From the NCBI GenBank assembly GCA_004524445.1, contig SDNP01000045.1:1-16969 (forward strand): a stretch of 16,969 nucleotides of DNA. Direction: 5' to 3'. This DNA is from Candidatus Thorarchaeota archaeon (GTDB lineage Archaea; Asgardarchaeota; Thorarchaeia; Thorarchaeales; Thorarchaeaceae). Positions 7,076-15,018 of this stretch are shown in pieces; positions within the stretch are counted from its first letter, which is position 1, and the number at the start of each line of letters is the position of its first letter. Under the pieces are notes generated by a model. That model saw nothing but the letters and a program-made list of their open reading frames with translations. It did no database searches and had not been told where the DNA came from. Made by a program: the position numbers and the translations under genes.

Positions 7076-7258
7076 CTATGCCTCTTCGATAGCGGCTTCT
7101 GGGCAGCTATCTACACAAGCATAGCACTCGGTACATTCATCGGCACGGTCGGCCTGGTATACTGCTTTGTCTTCGATTACGTATAGAGTTGGATCGACCG
7201 GACAAACGTCAGCGCAGGTTCCACAGGCTGTGCATGCGTCAGTTACTTTCCACATCAT
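7076..7258 (-). CDS. 2[4Fe-4S] dicluster ferredoxin
   Basis: Two CxxCxxCxxxCP motifs (CTACGTCADVCP and CTECYACVDSCP) in a 60-aa acidic protein. Confidence 0.95.
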   Translation of the reverse strand: MMWKVTDACTACGTCADVCPVDPTLYVIEDKAVYQADRADECTECYACVDSCPEAAIEEA

Positions 7259-7324
7259 TTTTGCTTCACTTCGTTCATTGGACTCTTGAAGAGTCTGTCA
7301 ATTACTTGCCATTTTTATCTAGCA

Positions 7325-7332
7325 TTTAAATC
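7325..7332 (-). promoter_or_regulatory. Candidate TATA box for the ferredoxin gene
   Basis: ATTTAAAT palindrome in the 117-bp uvrC-ferredoxin gap, about 70 nt upstream of the start codon. Confidence 0.35.
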
Positions 7333-7375
7333 TCAGGGTAGTTCCAACATTTCAGATTCTACCGAATTTCCAGTG

Positions 7376-9208
7376 TCACCTAGGAAGAGGGTCTTCACTG
7401 TCTATCCAATGTCTCAATGAAGCTGCAGCTTTCTCAGTCATGCCTTCCACCTGCCTCAGTTCGTTGATGGAAGCCCTCCGGATTTTGTCATAACTACCGA
7501 AATATTGGAGCAGGGTATTTCTTCTCTTTGGTCCAATCCCAGGAGCATCCTCTAGTATTGAACCGGAGAATCTGCGCTCTCTGAGTTTGTGGTGGTACCG
7601 TTGTGCGAAGCGATGTGCCTCATCACGAACCTGCTGAACCAAAAAAAGGCCATCGGAATCCAAAGGGAGAAATATACCGCCAGGGGCGTTCCTTGTATAG
7701 AGAATCTCCTTATTCTTGGCAATAGCGGCAACATTGAGATATTCAAGTCCCAGTTCTTCCAATGCTTTTTGAGCAACGTTCAGCTGACCCTTGCCACCAT
7801 CGATGATAATCAAATCCGGCAATGGCATCCCTTTCTCAAGTACCCCCCGGTATCTACGATAAACAACTTCATACATCATAGCGTAGTCATCGGGAGTGGT
7901 CTTTGAGCGAATTTTGAACATTCTATATTTGCTATTGTCGGGTTCACCATTATGAAATACAACACAAGAGCCTGTTGGATCTGTCCCTTGGATATTTGCT
8001 ATATCGAATCCTTCGATGTGTAAAGGGGCACGTGATAAATCTAGATACTCCTTCAGGTTCTTGACACCTTCACTTAGAATCTCCTCGTCGCTTTCACCCA
8101 GTAGCAAGATTTTCCGAAGACTGCGGTATGCATTCTTGTTTGCCATCTCCACTAGTTCAGATGGTCTACCGCTTTTGGGATTATGCAGCTTTGTCTTGGT
8201 GTCCACGGTCTCACCAAGCCATCTCCCGATTTTTTTCATTCCAGTAATTTTAATCGGAAGGAGTATTTCCTCTGGAACTCTAGGAATTGTGAAGTAGAAC
8301 TGTTCCACAAAAGCCTGCAGCACCGATGAATCGGGAGTGTCGATATCGACTTCAAAGTAGTAGTTATCATGTCCTACCAGACGCCCGGACCGAATCAGAA
8401 GGATTTCAATCAATGCGGCTTGCTCCGTTCGAGCAAGACCAAGAACATCTTTGTCAGTTCCTTTGGGTTCCACAACCTTTTGCTTTCGCATTATAATGTC
8501 AATGTCCAATAGACGGTCTCTGAGATTGGCTGCTTTTTCATATTCAAGATTTCGAGATGCCTCTTCCATCTTCTCTCTGATGATGTCGGTTAGCTCCTCT
8601 TCTCTACCTTCAAGATAGAGGCACATTTCTTGAACAGCTTCTCTGTATTCTTCAATCGGCACTTGTTCTGAACAGGGAGCAATACATCTCCCCAGGTGGA
8701 AATCCATGCATGCTCGCTTCACATTGGTGGGGTCGCGGCACATTGCCACAGGGATAAAACGCCTCACAGTATCAAGGAACTTATCTAGACGCTTCGTGCT
8801 GCCATAGGGACCATAATACGTTGCGCCATCCTTTTCGATTTCTCGGGTGACCTCAAATGTTGGTATATCCGCATCAAGATCCACCCTTATCCAGGCATGC
8901 CGCCTATCATCCTTCAAAGCCAGGTTGTATTTCGGTTGATGCTTTCGTATTAAGGTGGCTTCTAAGAGAAGAGCCTCTCGTTCCGTATTTGTGATGATGG
9001 TTTCTAGGTCTGCTGCGTACTGCATCATATTCCAAGTCTTTCTGTCCAGCTTTTTCCGCAAGTAGGAGGGAACCCTCTTTCGCAGCTCTTTTGCCTTGCC
9101 TATATACAATATCTCGCCATCTTTGTCCTTCCAGAGATATACTCCCGGCTGCTTTGGAAGGTCTTTCACTAAGGCGGTGAGGTCAGACACTGTATCTTCA
9201 TCCATCAT
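7376..9208 (-). CDS. uvrC: Excinuclease ABC subunit C
   Basis: GIY-YIG domain (PGVYLW...ILYIGKAKELRKRV, EALLLEATLI, PKYN), 4-Cys motif, UVR domain (LEYEKAANLRD), RNase H-like domain (EGFDIA, DDYAMM, IIDGGKGQ, RDEAHRFA) and tandem HhH (PGIGPKR). Confidence 0.98.
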   Translation of the reverse strand: MMDEDTVSDLTALVKDLPKQPGVYLWKDKDGEILYIGKAKELRKRVPSYLRKKLDRKTWNMMQYAADLETIITNTEREALLLEATLIRKHQPKYNLALKDDRRHAWIRVDLDADIPTFEVTREIEKDGATYYGPYGSTKRLDKFLDTVRRFIPVAMCRDPTNVKRACMDFHLGRCIAPCSEQVPIEEYREAVQEMCLYLEGREEELTDIIREKMEEASRNLEYEKAANLRDRLLDIDIIMRKQKVVEPKGTDKDVLGLARTEQAALIEILLIRSGRLVGHDNYYFEVDIDTPDSSVLQAFVEQFYFTIPRVPEEILLPIKITGMKKIGRWLGETVDTKTKLHNPKSGRPSELVEMANKNAYRSLRKILLLGESDEEILSEGVKNLKEYLDLSRAPLHIEGFDIANIQGTDPTGSCVVFHNGEPDNSKYRMFKIRSKTTPDDYAMMYEVVYRRYRGVLEKGMPLPDLIIIDGGKGQLNVAQKALEELGLEYLNVAAIAKNKEILYTRNAPGGIFLPLDSDGLFLVQQVRDEAHRFAQRYHHKLRERRFSGSILEDAPGIGPKRRNTLLQYFGSYDKIRRASINELRQVEGMTEKAAASLRHWIDSEDPLPR

Positions 9209-9262
9209 AGGTTGCTATTACTTTTTCACGACTAGTGTAAATCAGGGCTTTGGTATGAGTGC

Positions 9263-12118
9263 CTACTCCAAAGATGCATAGATGGCATCCTCTCTATAGA
9301 TGATTTTTCGCAGATGGTTGCCCGTGTATGAGTTCCATACTTCACAAATTTCCTCAGGAGTGCCTGTTGAAATAACTTCCCCGCCACCATCTCCGCCTTC
9401 AGGTCCTAAGTCTATAATCCAGTCTGCTGTCTTGATAACTTCGAGATTATGCTCGATCATGACGATAGTATTCCCCGCGTCAGTAAGCCGTTTTAGAACC
9501 CTCAATAACACGTGAACATCGGAGGCTGACAGACCTGTTGTCGGCTCGTCCAGCAAATAGAGAGTATTCCCTGTGCTTCTTCGGCTTAACTCAGACGCCA
9601 ACTTCATTCTCTGGGCTTCTCCACCACTAAGGGTGGTGGCTGGTTGCCCAAGCTGTAAATAGCCAAGACCAACGTCTACCAGGGTCTGTAGCTTGTCCTT
9701 GATTTTCGGAATGTCATAGAAGAACTCCAGGGCTTCATCTATTGTCATTGATAGGACGTCATTAATGTTCTTGCCTTTGTATTCTACCTCGAGGGTCTCT
9801 CTGTCATAGCGCTGTCCTTCACAGACATCACACGTCATGAAGACATCTGACATAAAATGCATTTCTACCTGAATGACACCGCTTCCCTTACACTTAGAGC
9901 ATCGTCCTTCTCGCGTATTGAAGCTGAACCTACCCTTCTCATAGCCCCTTGCCTTTGCCTCAGGCATCTTTGCAAAGAGTCTCCTAATGTAGCCAAAGGT
10001 CTTCGTGTAGGTGGCAGGGTTTGAGCGAGGTGTTCTGCCGATAGGCGACTGGTCGACGAGTACCAATCTGTCGATGTTGTCGTAACCGGTGATATCTTCA
10101 TGCGCACCAGGACGTGCACTTGCATCATTCAAGATTTTTGCCAGAGCCTTGTAGAGAGTCTCATGAATGAGTGTGCTCTTTCCAGATCCTGACACGCCGG
10201 TCACACAGATGAATCGGCCCAGCGGGAATGATACATCAATATTCTTCAGATTGTGCTGTCTTGCACCTTTGATAGTGATTTCTTTCCCATTGCCATTTCT
10301 CCGATTCTTAGGAATGGGAATTTGCTCAGCCCCTGCAAGATAGCGAGCTGTAAGAGATTTCGGATTGTTCAATACCTCTTCGGGGGGGCCTTCAGCGACA
10401 ACTTCTCCGCCGTACCTTCCAGCCTGAGGACCCAGGTCGATAATATGGTCGGCTGAATAGATTGTGTCTCTATCATGCTCTATGACCAAGACCGTATTTC
10501 CCAGACTTCTCAGTTCTCGGAATGTGTCCAAAAGCCTATTCAGGTCACGAGGATGCAATCCAATGCTAGGTTCATCTAGGCAATAGAGAACACCAGTTAA
10601 TGCAGAACCAATCTGAGTGGCCAGTCGTATCCGCTGACTTTCACCGCCGGAGAGAGTCATGCTGAGTCTATCGAGATTCAGATATTCCAACCCGACAGCA
10701 ACAAGAAAACGTAAACGTGAGGTTATTTCTTTCAGGACCAGTTCAGCTATTTTCAAGTCCCTATCGCTCAACTCAATATTGTCAAAAAACTTGTAGGCTT
10801 GCTCAATCGTCATGGAATTGACTTCGTCGATCGGCTTACCTCCAACTGTCACAGCTAGACTCTGTGCTTTCAGTTTCCGCCCGTTGCACCCCTCGCACGT
10901 TACTTTTCGCGAGATTTTGTTAGCAATATGTTGGGACCAACGCTGGTACCATTGCTTTTCACTGCTCTTACCTTTGTCAAAGATGCCTTCCAACCATGGA
11001 ATAAGACCATTCCATTTCCTCTTAATCTCCCATTTAGAGTCAGATTTCTCAGAAATGTAAGTTAGTGTTAAGTTGGGTTTCCCCCACAGAAAGACATCCT
11101 TCTGATTCTCAGTCATATCTTTCCAGTGGGTATCGAGAGTGAATCCGAATCGCTCTCCGAGGACCTCTATTCTCCGCATGAACCAGTTCCTCTTGGCTCT
11201 GACTTGCTTTAGAATGTCAGTTACGGTCATTTCCTCGTCGGAAACAATCAAATCCACATCGATGGACATCGTAACGCCTAGTCCATTACAAGTAGGACAT
11301 GCGCCGCTAGGTCTGTTGTACGAGAATGCCTTTGGATCCAATTTTGCATACTGAATGCCACACTTGGGACACATGAGTTGTTCGGCAAAGACCAAGTCCG
11401 CTTGTCCCGGTCGTGAAACAATGGCTTTTCCATTACCCATCTCCAAGGCTGTTTCTAGTGAGCCAACAAGGCGTTCTCTCGTTGAGTGGCTCACATCAAC
11501 TCTATCAACAACAACATCGACATCATGCTTTTTGCGTCCGTCAATATCCACATCATCGATCTCGGTTATCCTATCGTCTACTCGAACTCTTACAAATCCC
11601 TTTTCGATTAGACTATGCAGGGTCTCCTCATGCTTCCCAGTTTCTTCTTCTATTACTGGGGCGAGGACAAAGATACGCTGCCCTCCATTTTCATTTAGAA
11701 GTAATCTCGCTGCGGATTGAGCTGTGAGTTGTTCCATTGGCTCATTGCATTCGACACAATGGGGAATGCCAATATTCGCATAGAGGAGCCGCAAGTAGTC
11801 ATGAATCTCTGTACTGGTTCCAACGGTGCTCCTCGGGTTCTTTGTTCTTCCCTTCTGCTCGATTGAAATTGCAGGTGGTAGACCAGTTATGCTTTCTACT
11901 TTTGGCTTATCCAATCGGCCTAGGAAACGTCTGGCATAGGATGAGAGAGACTCTACATATCGTCTCTGTCCCTCAGCAAACACAGTATCGAACACAAGTG
12001 TGCTCTTGCCGGAACCCGATGGCCCGGTAATTACGACGAGGCGGTCGCGGGGAATATTCAATGATATTTTCTTTAGATTATGTTCCTCTGCCTTCTTTAC
12101 GCTGATATAACCGGTCAT
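9263..12118 (-). CDS. uvrA: Excinuclease ABC subunit A, second (more divergent) paralog
   Basis: Two ABC ATPase modules (GPSGSGKST, LSGGESQR, DEPSIGLH; GVSGSGKST, LSGGEAQR, DEPTTGL), AEGQRRYVESLS, PIGRTPRSNPATY, zinc-binding CxxC pairs, UvrB-binding and insertion domains present. Confidence 0.97.
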   Translation of the reverse strand: MTGYISVKKAEEHNLKKISLNIPRDRLVVITGPSGSGKSTLVFDTVFAEGQRRYVESLSSYARRFLGRLDKPKVESITGLPPAISIEQKGRTKNPRSTVGTSTEIHDYLRLLYANIGIPHCVECNEPMEQLTAQSAARLLLNENGGQRIFVLAPVIEEETGKHEETLHSLIEKGFVRVRVDDRITEIDDVDIDGRKKHDVDVVVDRVDVSHSTRERLVGSLETALEMGNGKAIVSRPGQADLVFAEQLMCPKCGIQYAKLDPKAFSYNRPSGACPTCNGLGVTMSIDVDLIVSDEEMTVTDILKQVRAKRNWFMRRIEVLGERFGFTLDTHWKDMTENQKDVFLWGKPNLTLTYISEKSDSKWEIKRKWNGLIPWLEGIFDKGKSSEKQWYQRWSQHIANKISRKVTCEGCNGRKLKAQSLAVTVGGKPIDEVNSMTIEQAYKFFDNIELSDRDLKIAELVLKEITSRLRFLVAVGLEYLNLDRLSMTLSGGESQRIRLATQIGSALTGVLYCLDEPSIGLHPRDLNRLLDTFRELRSLGNTVLVIEHDRDTIYSADHIIDLGPQAGRYGGEVVAEGPPEEVLNNPKSLTARYLAGAEQIPIPKNRRNGNGKEITIKGARQHNLKNIDVSFPLGRFICVTGVSGSGKSTLIHETLYKALAKILNDASARPGAHEDITGYDNIDRLVLVDQSPIGRTPRSNPATYTKTFGYIRRLFAKMPEAKARGYEKGRFSFNTREGRCSKCKGSGVIQVEMHFMSDVFMTCDVCEGQRYDRETLEVEYKGKNINDVLSMTIDEALEFFYDIPKIKDKLQTLVDVGLGYLQLGQPATTLSGGEAQRMKLASELSRRSTGNTLYLLDEPTTGLSASDVHVLLRVLKRLTDAGNTIVMIEHNLEVIKTADWIIDLGPEGGDGGGEVISTGTPEEICEVWNSYTGNHLRKIIYREDAIYASLE

Positions 12119-15018
12119 TTGCTATCACTCCCCTCATTATCAGCTCTGAAAGCCGGAAACATTTCTTTGAGATAGTATCCTGTGTAAGAATCCTCTGAGG
12201 ACGCGATGAGTTCAGGTGAACCTTCTGCCACAATGTGTCCTCCTTCTTCGCCACCCTCTGGTCCGAGGTCGATAATCCAGTCTGCGGTCTTAACGACATC
12301 CAGCTGGTGTTCTATGACCAAGACTGAGTTTCCGAGATCAACTAATCGGTGAAGTACTTCTAGCAGCTTCTTGATGTCAGCAAAATGAAGCCCGGTAGTT
12401 GGTTCATCAAGCATAATCAGAGTTTGCCCGGTTGCTGGTCGGGATAGGAATTTGCTCAACTTAATCCGCTGTGCCTCACCACCACTCAGTGTCGTGGCGG
12501 GTTGACCGAGTTTGATATAACCCATTCCAACATCACAGAGAGTCTTCAGTCTGCGATAGATAGGCTCGATCTCTTCAAAGAAGTTGACGGCTTCATCGAT
12601 GCGCATTTCAAGAACGTCAGCAATATTCTTTCCTTTGTAGCGCACCTGCAGAGTATCTCGGTCGTATCTCCGCCCCTTACAGTCAGTACACTTTACTTCA
12701 ACAGGAGGGAGGAATTGCATCTCAATTGTTTCAACTCCCGCACCCTTACATTTCTCACATCGGCCGCTCTTAGTATTGAAACTGAAGCGTCCCTTCTTAT
12801 AGCCGCGAATCTTCGCCTCGGGAAGACTGGCATATAGCTCCCGTATCGGAGTAAAGAGACCCACATAAGTCGCCGGATTTGATCGAGGAGTTCGGCCAAT
12901 TGGGCTCTGGTCGATGACTATAACTTTGTCGAGTTGTTCCGAGCCAACAATCCCATCGTGGTCGCCAGGCTTTGCCTCTGCGTTATGGAACTCTCTTGCA
13001 AGAGCCCTCTGTAAGGTTTCCACAACCAGGCTTGATTTGCCGCTCCCGCTCACACCAGTCACTGCGATAAATAGACCTAGTGGAATCTTGACATCAATAT
13101 TCTTCAGATTATTGTGCCTGCAGCCCCTCATCTCGAGTATACGACCATTTGGCTCTCGTCGCTCATCGGGAACTGGTATCTGTTCATCTCCGCGGAGATA
13201 CTGACCAGTGATAGACTCTTTGGATGCAAGGACATCATCCAATGTTCCTGAGACAACAACCTCGCCGCCTTCAGCGCCAGCACCTGGTCCTAAGTCAACT
13301 ATATGGTCAGCAAACCTGATAGTTTCCTCGTCATGCTCAACAATCAGTATTGTATTTTCCAGGTCTCTAAGTCGCTTCAGCGAATTCAATAGGCGCTTGT
13401 TGTCACGTGAATGAAGGCCTATACTGGGTTCATCACACACGTATGTCACACCAACAAGATTCGAGCCAATCTGACTGGCAAGCCGTATTCTCTGAGCCTC
13501 ACCGCCTGCCAACGAGGGAGCAGGTCGATCCAGTGTCAGATACTCCAAACCAACATCCTTGAGAAAACCTATTCTGCTTTCTAATTCATTCAGAATTGGC
13601 TCTGCCACAGGTTTGAATCTGTCCTCTGGTTCGGTTGATTTGAGAAATTCATCCAGTTGAGTGATCGACATGGAGTTGACTTCAACAATAGACCGACCAC
13701 CGTATTTCACAGCCTGTGAAACGGGCTTCAGTTTTCCACCATTGCATTCAGGACAGGTCTGTTCAGCCATGAACTCTTCCAGTTGCCGGCGTCTGTAATC
13801 TGACTTTGTCTGTCTATAGACTCTTTTCGCCCGGGACACAAATCCCTCGAATGGCCTATTGAATGTGCCTTTCCATTGCACTGAGGAATCAGGATTCTCA
13901 TTGTTCCAATGCAGCTCATACTTCTCCTCGGTTCCGAACAGGATGACTTGCTTCTGGAGAGCTGTGAGTTCCTTCCAGGGCGCATCCAAAGTGAAACCGT
14001 ACTGATCCGCAACCAGTTTGAAAATCCTTCGCTTCAGCAGCCACTTATCTGATTTTATAGCGCCATCCTTCAGAGGCATGTCAGGGTCTTCAATGAACAA
14101 ATCTGGATCAAATTCCCGTACGACACCAATCCCAGTACATCTGGAACATGCACCCTGAGGTGTATTCCATGAGAATATTCTTGGCTCCATCTCTGGGAGT
14201 GATATTCCACAATCAACACAGGCGAACTGTTCTGAGAGAGTTAAGTCACGCTCATCAGTAATTATCGTTACAACGCCCTCGGCCATTTCCAATGCGATTT
14301 CTATGCCTTCAGAGATTCTACCGCGAGATGACATGTCAACCTTCAAACGGTCAATGACAACCTCTATGGTATGTTCGAAGTATCGATCAAGGGACATGCC
14401 CTCTTCAATTTCAACGATTTCTCCATCCACACGCGCTCGGATAAAGCCCTTCCCAAGCAACTCCGAGAATTCCTTGCGGTATTCTCCTTTGCGCCCTCGA
14501 ACAATGGGAGCCAAGATTACAATGCGAGTGTACTCAGGAATTTCCAGAACTCTGTCTACGATTTGCTGTGCTGTCTGAGGCTCAATCCTCTTTCCACATT
14601 GAGGACAATGAGGAACGCCAACCCGTGCATAGAGTAGTCTAAGGAAATCGTATATTTCTGTGATTGTACCAACAGTGCTTCGAGGGTTGTTACTTACACT
14701 CTTCTGGTCGATAGAGATAGAGGGTGAGAGACCCGACATGTAGTCAACATTGGGCTTTTCTAGCATGCCAAGAAACTGCCTGGCGTAGGGAGAGAGGCTC
14801 TCCACAAACCGTCTCTGTCCTTCTGCAAAAATCGTGTCAAACGCTAAGCTGGATTTTCCACTTCCGCTGACCCCAGTAATTACCGTCATCTTATTCTTTG
14901 GAATCTCAACCGAGATTGACTTGAGGTTGTGTTCAGCAGCTCCAATAACGACTATAGACTTGGGACCATTGTGTTCAGCACCTTTGTCAGCGGTATCAGA
15001 AGTCGAAAGCGCCTTCAT
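12115..15018 (-). CDS. uvrA: Excinuclease ABC subunit A, first paralog
   Basis: GVSGSGKSSLAFDT, AEGQRRFVESLS, canonical UvrB-binding domain (LAPIVRGRKGEY...GFIRARVDG), second Walker A, PIGRTPRSNPATY, LSGGEAQR, DEPTTGLH, zinc-binding CxxC pairs. Confidence 0.98.
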   Translation of the reverse strand: MKALSTSDTADKGAEHNGPKSIVVIGAAEHNLKSISVEIPKNKMTVITGVSGSGKSSLAFDTIFAEGQRRFVESLSPYARQFLGMLEKPNVDYMSGLSPSISIDQKSVSNNPRSTVGTITEIYDFLRLLYARVGVPHCPQCGKRIEPQTAQQIVDRVLEIPEYTRIVILAPIVRGRKGEYRKEFSELLGKGFIRARVDGEIVEIEEGMSLDRYFEHTIEVVIDRLKVDMSSRGRISEGIEIALEMAEGVVTIITDERDLTLSEQFACVDCGISLPEMEPRIFSWNTPQGACSRCTGIGVVREFDPDLFIEDPDMPLKDGAIKSDKWLLKRRIFKLVADQYGFTLDAPWKELTALQKQVILFGTEEKYELHWNNENPDSSVQWKGTFNRPFEGFVSRAKRVYRQTKSDYRRRQLEEFMAEQTCPECNGGKLKPVSQAVKYGGRSIVEVNSMSITQLDEFLKSTEPEDRFKPVAEPILNELESRIGFLKDVGLEYLTLDRPAPSLAGGEAQRIRLASQIGSNLVGVTYVCDEPSIGLHSRDNKRLLNSLKRLRDLENTILIVEHDEETIRFADHIVDLGPGAGAEGGEVVVSGTLDDVLASKESITGQYLRGDEQIPVPDERREPNGRILEMRGCRHNNLKNIDVKIPLGLFIAVTGVSGSGKSSLVVETLQRALAREFHNAEAKPGDHDGIVGSEQLDKVIVIDQSPIGRTPRSNPATYVGLFTPIRELYASLPEAKIRGYKKGRFSFNTKSGRCEKCKGAGVETIEMQFLPPVEVKCTDCKGRRYDRDTLQVRYKGKNIADVLEMRIDEAVNFFEEIEPIYRRLKTLCDVGMGYIKLGQPATTLSGGEAQRIKLSKFLSRPATGQTLIMLDEPTTGLHFADIKKLLEVLHRLVDLGNSVLVIEHQLDVVKTADWIIDLGPEGGEEGGHIVAEGSPELIASSEDSYTGYYLKEMFPAFRADNEGSDSK

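Noticed and set aside
12078-12299. Programmed frameshift fusing uvrA-1 and uvrA-2
   Set aside because: No slippery heptamer at the junction. The ATGA overlap with an upstream SD (GAGGGGAGTG) is explained by ordinary translational coupling.
9263-15018. Tandem uvrA as an assembly artefact
   Set aside because: The two copies differ extensively at both protein and DNA level, and both junctions are precise start/stop overlaps.
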